Source of the DNA: Fimbriimonadales bacterium
GTDB taxonomy: Bacteria; Armatimonadota; Fimbriimonadia; Fimbriimonadales; Fimbriimonadaceae
Assembly: GCA_038328815.1 (NCBI GenBank)
Contig: JBBQMJ010000001.1
Span: forward strand, 1 to 29,845
Length of the DNA: 29,845 bases
Direction of reading: 5' to 3'
Positions within the stretch are counted from its first letter, which is position 1. Every line of letters begins with the position of its first letter. The translations under genes and the position numbers were made by a program. Below the pieces are notes generated by a model. That model had not been told where the DNA came from. It was given only the letters and a program-made list of their open reading frames with translations, and did no database searches. Positions 16,360 to 23,598 of the stretch are shown here, piece after piece.

Positions 16360-17103
16360 ATGCACTTTGAGCCCATTGAGCGAGCCGCTGGTTCGGACAA
16401 GCGTCTTCTAGAATTGCTTCGTGGCCATCCGCGGGTTACCGAAGTTCTTAAGGATGCCTCGGAGAAGGGGCTGCGCTTCGAACGCCAGGGATATTCACGC
16501 CACATTTCGATTGGTGACGCCAGCGAGCCGTTAAGAGGTCTCGTAGAGCTTCTCGACAACAACCCCCTCGTCTGCACCGATCGTTTTTCCGTCCCAGATG
16601 CCGCCGCCACTCTAGCATTGATTGCCCTTGGACCTCTTGCAGAAGCCGGCCTCATTCTCGAAGCCCCAATTTTCATCTCGAATTTGGAACTCAACGAAGC
16701 CCGCATAGACGCCTTCTTGTCGACCGCCGGCTGGCACGGAGGTGTGAATGTTTCCAGCGAAGTGTCAATAAGTAAGACCATTGGAATGGCCACCGCGATG
16801 GCTTCGATCAGAACGCCCGAGAATCTCGAAGAACTGGATGCGCTCTATGAGGAGCGCTATGGACGGTCCTTCTACGTTCGGCTCGCCGATGAATCAAGTT
16901 GGAATCCCAGTACTGTCGAGGGTCAACCCTATGCCTTATATCGCCTTAGGATATCTGTTGATGAAGGCATCAGCATTCTCACGATTCAAGTCTTGGCGGA
17001 CGTAGCGGGAAAATGTGGCGCAGCTCAAATCGTCCATGCGATGAACGTCATGTGCGGCTTCGAGGAAACCCTGGGTCTGGAGCGCGCCTATTCCGGCTTG
17101 TGA
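16360..17103 (+). CDS. ArgC (N-acetyl-gamma-glutamyl-phosphate reductase)-derived protein lacking the catalytic Cys and most of the NADPH-binding domain
   Basis: Collinear ArgC-like blocks: LLELLRGHPRV, GLVEL, FSVPDAAATLALIALGPLAEAGLI, LDALYEERYGRSFYVRL and GKCGAAQIVHAMNVMCGFEETLGL. Confidence 0.8.
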   Translation: MHFEPIERAAGSDKRLLELLRGHPRVTEVLKDASEKGLRFERQGYSRHISIGDASEPLRGLVELLDNNPLVCTDRFSVPDAAATLALIALGPLAEAGLILEAPIFISNLELNEARIDAFLSTAGWHGGVNVSSEVSISKTIGMATAMASIRTPENLEELDALYEERYGRSFYVRLADESSWNPSTVEGQPYALYRLRISVDEGISILTIQVLADVAGKCGAAQIVHAMNVMCGFEETLGLERAYSGL

Positions 17104-17369
17104 ATGATGTCTGGACCTTTCTCGCCAGCAACCTTTTCCCAGACCCCTTTACCTGCCTTCTTCCAGGTCGAGAACCCTTTCGCTGCTGCTTTGTCAGCGT
17201 CGACGCCTTTTCCGACCTTGAAACTGGCGCGGCTAATGATGCGATGAACGGCAAGGCCGCAAGTCGGGCAAAACTTGAGGTGATCCTCTTCGACTCCCTG
17301 CATTACCTCGACGACGCCGTCGCATAGAAAGCAATCTCGATCTTCCGGTTCGTATTCGTAAATGGGCAC
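17088..17369 (-). CDS. FmdB-family zinc-ribbon protein
   Basis: MPIYEY...C.LC...CPTCG..V.RIIS, with a basic C-terminal extension. Overlaps the convergent upstream gene by 16 bp. Confidence 0.88.
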   Translation of the reverse strand: MPIYEYEPEDRDCFLCDGVVEVMQGVEEDHLKFCPTCGLAVHRIISRASFKVGKGVDADKAAAKGFSTWKKAGKGVWEKVAGEKGPDIIHKPE

Positions 17370-17387
17370 GAGCTTCTACCTAAGATT

Positions 17388-18065
17388 ATGACGATCAAAC
17401 CGCCGAACACCAGATCACAATTCTTCGAGTCGCTCAACTGCGAGATTTCTGAATGCCGTTTGTGTCCTCGCCTAGTGGAGTGGCGAGAGCAAGTAGCGGC
17501 CGAAAAGCGTAAGTCCTTCGCCGAGTGGACTTACTGGGGGCGCGGCGTTCCCGCTTTTGGTGACCCTGACGCTGAGCGCCTCATTGTCGGCCTGGCGCCG
17601 GCTGCCCACGGTGCGAACCGGACCGGAAGGATGTTTACGGGAGATCGTAGTGGCGACTGGATTTACAGGGCTTTGTTCAAGGTGGGCATTGCTAGCCAGC
17701 CGACATCCGTGCAAATTGGCGATGGCCTCACTCTCAAGGGGGCAATGATTTGTGCCGTGGCGCACTGCGCACCGCCCGATAACAAGCCAACGCCCGAGGA
17801 GATTCAAAACTGCTCTACTTATCTCCTTTCGATTCTTGAGAATCAGCGCTGGAAGGCGATACTCTGCCTCGGCGGCATTGCTTGGGATCAGGTTTTGAAA
17901 CGCTCTGGTGAACGGCGACAACCGTTCGGCCACGGTCGGCAATACAGGTCCGGAAATGGCACGCTCTTCGTTGCTTCTTACCATCCTAGTCAGCAGAACA
18001 CGTTTACTGGTCGCTTAACTGAAGATATGCTGGATGAGGCCGTTGGAACGTGGGCCTGTGGATAG
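17388..18065 (+). CDS. Uracil-DNA glycosylase, family 5 (UdgB-type, 4Fe-4S)
   Basis: CRLCPRL, GLAPAAHGANRTGRMFTGDRSG (family-5 motif A), HCAPPDNKP and SYHPSQQNT (motif B). Confidence 0.95.
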   Translation: MTIKPPNTRSQFFESLNCEISECRLCPRLVEWREQVAAEKRKSFAEWTYWGRGVPAFGDPDAERLIVGLAPAAHGANRTGRMFTGDRSGDWIYRALFKVGIASQPTSVQIGDGLTLKGAMICAVAHCAPPDNKPTPEEIQNCSTYLLSILENQRWKAILCLGGIAWDQVLKRSGERRQPFGHGRQYRSGNGTLFVASYHPSQQNTFTGRLTEDMLDEAVGTWACG

Positions 18066-18255
18066 CACTATGAGTAATTCCAGTGCTCGAGTCACAAGCG
18101 AAGCCGCCTCATACGTAAAATTGGTTGGAAATAGCCAATCCTGAGCCTAGGATAGGCGAAGAGAACCCGGCGCACCTAAAGAGGTCTCCTAGCGATCCGC
18201 TGAGACGTCCAATCATCGGTCGCCTCGCATAAGGCGACAGATGCTCCTTGACAAC

Positions 18256-18654
18256 CTAGTCCTCGATTTCGTCATCCCACACAAACGGTGTCCCTGGTGG
18301 CAAAGGGTCGCGGCTGTTGTACGGCAGATAAATTCTTACTTGGTTCGCCTGCTCGCTTTCCTCGAACGGCTCTCTGCCATAAGCCTTGGGTCTGCGCCGC
18401 TCTAGCCACCACGCAGCGGCTCGCCAAGTGCCGGTCGCCGCGGCCTGCATAACTTGGGCAAGTGCCGCCGCTTCAGCCTCGGTTTCCGCTAACTCCATAT
18501 TCTCGCAAAATTTTGGATCTTCCTTAAGGTAGCGATAAAGAGTTCTCCTGCTGTAACCAGCGCGTGCAGCAGCGACGTCCCGGGTGTTCCCAGCCCTAAG
18601 AGCCTCGAACACCTTTTCATCCCGCCCCGCATCTCGCTTGGTCGGCCTACTCAT
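18256..18654 (-). CDS. Phage terminase small subunit-like HTH protein (orphan)
   Basis: From ATG 18654 (GAAGGTG upstream): MSRPTK...EALRAGNTRDVAAARAGYSRRTLYRYL...AETEAE...WRAAAWWLERRRPKAYGR...VRIYLPYNSRD. This pattern is typical of TerS-type phage HTH proteins as I recall them. Confidence 0.65.
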   Translation of the reverse strand: MSRPTKRDAGRDEKVFEALRAGNTRDVAAARAGYSRRTLYRYLKEDPKFCENMELAETEAEAAALAQVMQAAATGTWRAAAWWLERRRPKAYGREPFEESEQANQVRIYLPYNSRDPLPPGTPFVWDDEIED

Positions 18655-18833
18655 TTCTTGCACCTTCGAAACCAGTGCCAAATGTGCCAAAACCCATGCA
18701 AGTCCAAACGTTCGATCCGGGCAAAAGCTTCGGTCGCGAGCCCTAATCCGGCCTCCCAAGCGCCTCTGACCTAACGAGGAGCGATTAGCAAGGTCGAAAC
18801 GGGGAGGTCGTTGCATCGCTTCAGTTGGCCGTA

Positions 18834-18872
18834 GTTGTCATCTTGAGCGCAGCCGCAGAGAAGGATGACAAC
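18834..18872. repeat. REP-like palindrome GTTGTCATC-N21-GATGACAAC
   Basis: Perfect 9-bp inverted repeat. The GTCATCTTGAGCG start resembles the 6913 element. Confidence 0.6.
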
Positions 18873-18927
18873 AGAGGCCATTTGGCTAACAGGTAGCGAT
18901 CCAATGAAACGAGAGGCCTCGAGAATC

Positions 18928-20097
18928 CTACTTGGTCTCGTTGACGAGTGAAACACGATCCAAATCAAATCGCTTAAGGTCTCCATTGCGGGAAACGGAG
19001 ATTTTGACCTTGCTCCCAAGCGGCCCGTCAAGCATCTTCTTGAGTTGCCGGTACTGTTGCGTCGTTAAATCCACGTCGCCGATACTTAAGAGCTCGTCGT
19101 CTTCTTTCAGGCCAGCCTTGTCGGCAGGGCTACCAGGAGCAACGCTGAAAACCACAACCTTACGGTGCTGCGAGTCAAAAGCAGCTGAGAATCCAGGCTC
19201 GCCAATGATCTCGTTGCCGACCTGCTCGGTTATTCTTTCCAGCCAAACACGTCTGCGCTCATAGTCGAACGTGACGTTGAAATTCTTTAAGAATTGGTAG
19301 CCAACCGTTCCGTCAGATTCAGCCGATCCGGAAGGCAAATCAATGACATCCCATACGCTCGAAGCTACCGGGACTCCAAAAATATTCGAGTTAGCTACGT
19401 GCAGGGACCAACTGTCCACAGGCCCAGAAGCGATTTCTGCCTGGTGCATAAAATTCGCCTTCTTGCCTTCAGGCCAGAGGCCTACACGCTCCAAAACGTC
19501 CCGGTGGGTCGTAAGGTAGAAACCGTTCCCAGTATCCAGAGAAAGGACAAAGGACTTCCCCGCTCCGACATTTGCTTCCATGACAATCGCGTTGTCGCCA
19601 ATCGGGAGCATCTTATTGAGGAAGGTCGCCTTACCGTCAGGAGTCTTCGTGCTGATATCGAAGGCTTTCGGGTGGAAGATGAACATGTGCTTCTGAAAGT
19701 TGATTTCAGTCACATACTTTTGAAGCACGCTCAAGCCCAGAATTCCGTCGGTGTGGCTATGGTATTCGGCGGACATTCTTGCCATCGGTTGCTGGACGAT
19801 GACCATGTCCTGGGTGTCGATTGATTGGCCGCCCAGCTTGATGCTCTTAGCCTTGACGGTTCCAACCTCGATTTCGCCCACGAAGTCCCGCAGGGTCATT
19901 TTGCCGCTCGGCGCCCCAACGTCAATTGCATTGTTGAGAACTACTGCTCCGCCGAATCCCGAGTCAAACATGAGGGACACAGGTCGATCATTTACGACTG
20001 CATCAACAATGAGGGCGTCGTCAGTCACCCTAAAGGGAACTTCAATGTTCGCGGCTTGGGTGAGCGCTATAAAGCAAAACGCAGCAGCTAGTGGCAT
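18928..20097 (-). CDS. Aspartyl protease (two retropepsin-like lobes) with a C-terminal PDZ domain
   Basis: LMFDSGFG and LSLDTGNG catalytic motifs, DGILG and DGTVG flap/psi motifs, and PDZ motif VAPGSPADKAGLKEDDELLSIG. Confidence 0.88.
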   Translation of the reverse strand: MPLAAAFCFIALTQAANIEVPFRVTDDALIVDAVVNDRPVSLMFDSGFGGAVVLNNAIDVGAPSGKMTLRDFVGEIEVGTVKAKSIKLGGQSIDTQDMVIVQQPMARMSAEYHSHTDGILGLSVLQKYVTEINFQKHMFIFHPKAFDISTKTPDGKATFLNKMLPIGDNAIVMEANVGAGKSFVLSLDTGNGFYLTTHRDVLERVGLWPEGKKANFMHQAEIASGPVDSWSLHVANSNIFGVPVASSVWDVIDLPSGSAESDGTVGYQFLKNFNVTFDYERRRVWLERITEQVGNEIIGEPGFSAAFDSQHRKVVVFSVAPGSPADKAGLKEDDELLSIGDVDLTTQQYRQLKKMLDGPLGSKVKISVSRNGDLKRFDLDRVSLVNETK

Positions 20098-20132
20098 GTA
20101 TAAAATAGACTCCCGGATTGCGCTGACGATTA

Positions 20133-20963
20133 CTACGGGTTAGACGGCTTTTTTCGACCCGCCATTAGGTAGATAGGCATCGTAATGAAACCGAAACCGC
20201 ATACGCTACAAGATCCACAGAGAACTTGAGGGGCGATCCAGATCCAATTACCACGTCGGTCCACGATGTCCAGAATTAGCCAACCCAGCATGCCAAGCTT
20301 GTTGCCCAAGAAAAGGAGCCCCACGATCTGGGGAATGGCGTGTTGTGAGGCCGCCTGCATCCCTGCCTGATCTCCCTTAAATTGAGAAAATAGCGGGATG
20401 ATTACTGACGCGAAGTACAGGATGAACGCGAGGTCAAGCGCAGCCAAAACTGCTCCGATTCCAACCCACCCACCTCCTAATTTTGGAACAAATCCAAGAG
20501 AATGCTCAGGTGGTGCATAGCCCGCCGGATACGCGGTTTGGACCGTGGTCGTCTGACCTCCAACTGGAGCCGAGGGAGATGCGTTGCTGGGCGCGACTCC
20601 GGATTCCGATTCAATCCTAAGAATGAGGTCCCGCGCTCCCGCATGGCTTGGCTCTAAACGCGCCGCCTCTTGCGCCATGCTCGAGGCCTCAACCTTTTGG
20701 CCCTGGCTATAAAGGTGAACAGCGAAATTGAAATAAGCCTTGGCACTATCCGGACCGAGCGTAATCGACTGTCTAAACGCATCTGTGGCCGCCTGCGGCT
20801 GATTACTCTGAGACAGCGCAATAGCCCTTAAAAGGTGAGCCTCAGCATTATTCGGACTAAGCGCGACGGCCTGATCCGCGAGCTCAAGGGCTTGAGCAAC
20901 CTGCCCGCTTTGGAGGGATTGAGTTGCCTGATCGATAAATTGTTTCGCTTGTTCTTCAGCCAT
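20133..20963 (-). CDS. TPR-repeat protein with a C-terminal membrane domain
   Basis: N-terminal TPRs (ALSPNNAEAHLLRAIAL; LGPDSAKAYFNFAVHLY), a Pro/Ala/Ser linker and about 3 hydrophobic helices. Confidence 0.85.
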   Translation of the reverse strand: MAEEQAKQFIDQATQSLQSGQVAQALELADQAVALSPNNAEAHLLRAIALSQSNQPQAATDAFRQSITLGPDSAKAYFNFAVHLYSQGQKVEASSMAQEAARLEPSHAGARDLILRIESESGVAPSNASPSAPVGGQTTTVQTAYPAGYAPPEHSLGFVPKLGGGWVGIGAVLAALDLAFILYFASVIIPLFSQFKGDQAGMQAASQHAIPQIVGLLFLGNKLGMLGWLILDIVDRRGNWIWIAPQVLCGSCSVCGFGFITMPIYLMAGRKKPSNP

Positions 20964-21071
20964 GTTTTAACTCGGGATCAATGTCGGACTCGAATTTACC
21001 TAAATCTGCAACAAATGGTGAGTGGAACACAGGGGCCCACGGAAACCGTAGCAGAGGGTTAGTGATTTCTG

Positions 21072-21077
21072 TATACT
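21072..21077 (+). promoter_or_regulatory. Putative -10 element TATACT for the liv operon
   Basis: Near-consensus hexamer 57 nt upstream of GTG 21135. No good -35 seen. Confidence 0.35.
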
Positions 21078-21134
21078 GTCCACGCGGTAGAAATCTTGCC
21101 CCGCGTATCTGACCGTAATTTTGGGTTAAACCAG

Positions 21135-22412
21135 GTGAAAAGTTTGAAGATTAGCAATGCTACCAAGGCCGCCATTGCGGCTCTCGTTATCGGCCCGCTC
21201 CTTGCCGGATGTCCTGCCGGCGACGCGGCAAAGACTGAAACGGACAAAGGGACCCCAGCTAAGACTGGAGACGTTGCCAAGACCGACGCCAAGCCAAGGC
21301 CAGTCTCTACAGCGCCAGGCAACAAGGCCGCTGGCGACACGATAATCATCGGCCTCGTCGCTAGCGAAAACGGCGACCAAAAGCCATGGGGCGACGACAA
21401 TGTGAAGGGCGCTCAGCTCGCAGTTAAGGATTTTGAAGCCGCGGGAGGAATCCCTGGCAAGAAGATTCAACTCCAGATCGAGGACAGCGCCTCAAAGCCT
21501 GAGCAGGGCAAGAGCGCTGCTGAAAAGCTGATCGCTGCTGGAGCGCTCGTACTTGACGGCGAAGTGGCCAGCGGAATCACCATGCAAATGGGTCAGGCCG
21601 CATTCGAGAAGGGCGTTCCCGTTGTTGCTGTTGGAGCTACTCGCACTGACCTCACGGAGCTTGGATCAAACATGTTCCGCGTCTGCTATGCGGACGACTT
21701 CCAGGGACCGGTAATGGCGAACTTCGCTTATAAGGATTTGGGCCTTCACAAAGTCGGCGTCATGACTGACAAGAAGCTCCCATACTCCACAGGTCTCAGC
21801 GACAGCTTCAAGGCGACTTTCATTAAGCTCGGCGGCGAGATCGTTGACGAGCAGTTCTATGAGGCTGGCCAGAAGGACTTCAAAGGTCAGCTAACGAACC
21901 TAAAGTCCAAGAATCCAGAAGGCATCTTCTGCAGCGGCTACTTCACGGAAGTTGGCCCGCTTGCAAAGCAGGCCCGAGACCTGGGCATCACGGTTCCGCT
22001 CATGGGTGGCGATGGTTGGGATAGCCCAACGATCATCACTTCTGGTGGCGATGGCATCATCGGCGGCTACTTCTGCAACCACTATAACGACAAAGACTCT
22101 CGACCTCAGGTCAAGACGTTCCTTGACCACTGGGCTAAGGCTTACAACGGTTCAAAGCCTGGTACCACCATGGGCGCACTTGGCTACGATGCTATGAGCG
22201 TGACATTGGATGCAGTTAAGCGAGCCAAGGCACTCGATTCAAAGTCGATCATCGATTCGCTTGAGGACACCGACAAATTCCCGGCCGTCTCAGGAGATAT
22301 CACCCTCAAAGGCATGAGAGGCACTCCTCCAAAGCGAGCGCTCGTCGTTCAAGTCACGAAGGACGGCTTTGTCTTCAAGAAGGATTACACTCCTGATCAG
22401 GTGACTAAGTAG
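21135..22412 (+). CDS. livK: Branched-chain amino acid ABC transporter substrate-binding lipoprotein (LivK/LivJ family)
   Basis: Lipobox LLAGC, IEDSASKPEQG, FRVCYADDFQG, PLMGGDGWD and ALGYDA. The start is probably GTG 21135 (track 21096). Confidence 0.9.
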   Translation: MKSLKISNATKAAIAALVIGPLLAGCPAGDAAKTETDKGTPAKTGDVAKTDAKPRPVSTAPGNKAAGDTIIIGLVASENGDQKPWGDDNVKGAQLAVKDFEAAGGIPGKKIQLQIEDSASKPEQGKSAAEKLIAAGALVLDGEVASGITMQMGQAAFEKGVPVVAVGATRTDLTELGSNMFRVCYADDFQGPVMANFAYKDLGLHKVGVMTDKKLPYSTGLSDSFKATFIKLGGEIVDEQFYEAGQKDFKGQLTNLKSKNPEGIFCSGYFTEVGPLAKQARDLGITVPLMGGDGWDSPTIITSGGDGIIGGYFCNHYNDKDSRPQVKTFLDHWAKAYNGSKPGTTMGALGYDAMSVTLDAVKRAKALDSKSIIDSLEDTDKFPAVSGDITLKGMRGTPPKRALVVQVTKDGFVFKKDYTPDQVTK

Positions 22413-22437
22413 CTTGATCGCAGTGTTTCCAAACTTA

Positions 22438-23598
22438 ATGGCAGCGTTGGACTTTTCAACGCTGCCACAACAAGTCGTGAATGGGCTCCTCCTTGGAGCC
22501 ATTTACGCTTTGATTGCACTCGGCTACACCATGGTGTACGGAGTTCTTAAGCTTATTAACTTTGCTCATGGCGAGGTGTATATGCTTGGTGCGTACGTCG
22601 CTCTCCTTACTTCATGGAAGCTAGGCTATACGCAGGAGCAGTTGGCGGTATCGGATTTGCCAGCATCGGCGCTGAACTTATTTATCATGTTCTTCGCCGC
22701 GATAGTCATTTGCGCGATTATCGGCGTTGTCATAGAGCGATTTGCTTACCGGCCGATGCGAGGAACTTCGAGGATTGCTTCGCTGATCACCGCGATTGGC
22801 GTCTCCCTTTTCCTTCAGTACGGCGGAGCGCTCGTGCTGCCAATCAGCCCCCCACCATCCATTTCCGACCATGTCAGCCCATTCAAAGGGTCCATTACCA
22901 AGACAATAATTCCAGCCTCGGCCGCTCTCCAAGACAAGATCGCGGCATCCAAGCCGGCTTATGACGCGGCTGAGAAGACTTTTAACGACTATCTGGCCGA
23001 GAAGCACTTAGACCGATTCAATTTGCCTCCGGATGGTGAGAAGCTGCGTGACACAGCGAGCGCAGCAGAGCGGACCTATACCGAGGCCAAGGGCTCTGCA
23101 TCCAATTCTGCCGTGCAGGTCACGGTTCAGAAAGGTCAACTGATCATGTTTGGCATGGCGGTCTTCCTGATGATCGTGCTACGGTTCCTGGTTATGAAAA
23201 CGCCGGCAGGCCGCGCGATGCGAGCCGTCTCGCACGATTTCGATTCGGCGTCCCTGATGGGCATTAATGTGAACCGGATTATTGTTTTCACGTTCGTCCT
23301 TGGCTCCGGGCTAGCCGGCGCGGGCGCAATGATGACTTCCACGTTTCTCAGCACGCCCCTAACGACCTTTTATGGAATGGAAGCAGGTGTTAAGGCCTTC
23401 ACAGCTGCCGTCCTTGGTGGAATCGGAAATATTCCAGGCGCCGTGCTTGGCGGCCTGTTAATGGGCGTTGCCGAGTACATGGTTGTTTGGGCTGGCTACT
23501 CCAGCTACCGAGACGCGATCGCTTTTGTTATTCTCATTGTGGTTCTGCTCGTTAAGCCTGGTGGCCTTCTCGGTTCCTCTAAGGTGGAAAAGGTTTGA
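22438..23598 (+). CDS. livH: Branched-chain amino acid ABC transporter permease LivH, with a large inserted loop
   Basis: NGLLLGAIYALIALGYTMVYGVLKLINFAHGE, GRAMRAVS.D...ASLMGIN and KAFTAAVLGGIGNIPGA. Alternative start TTG 22414. Confidence 0.95.
   Translation: MAALDFSTLPQQVVNGLLLGAIYALIALGYTMVYGVLKLINFAHGEVYMLGAYVALLTSWKLGYTQEQLAVSDLPASALNLFIMFFAAIVICAIIGVVIERFAYRPMRGTSRIASLITAIGVSLFLQYGGALVLPISPPPSISDHVSPFKGSITKTIIPASAALQDKIAASKPAYDAAEKTFNDYLAEKHLDRFNLPPDGEKLRDTASAAERTYTEAKGSASNSAVQVTVQKGQLIMFGMAVFLMIVLRFLVMKTPAGRAMRAVSHDFDSASLMGINVNRIIVFTFVLGSGLAGAGAMMTSTFLSTPLTTFYGMEAGVKAFTAAVLGGIGNIPGAVLGGLLMGVAEYMVVWAGYSSYRDAIAFVILIVVLLVKPGGLLGSSKVEKV

Noticed and set aside
16360-17369. ArgC/LysY-like gene next to a zinc-ribbon protein as a LysW-type carrier system
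   Set aside because: The zinc ribbon is FmdB-type, ends in HKPE rather than the LysW EDWGE motif, and is convergent rather than co-transcribed. No lysX or lysZ is present.
18070-18144. 24-codon ORF after udg (MSNSSARVTSEAASYVKLVGNSQS)
   Set aside because: It has no SD or distinctive composition and is probably random.
18672-18692. TGGCAC motifs upstream of the TerS-like gene as a sigma-54 promoter
   Set aside because: Neither copy has the required TTGC at the -12 position.
18190-18902. 9-bp direct repeat TAGCGATCC flanking the TerS-like gene as possible att sites or target duplication
   Set aside because: A shared 9-mer between two spacers of about 200-270 nt has roughly a 1 in 5 chance expectation, and there is no integrase or tRNA target.
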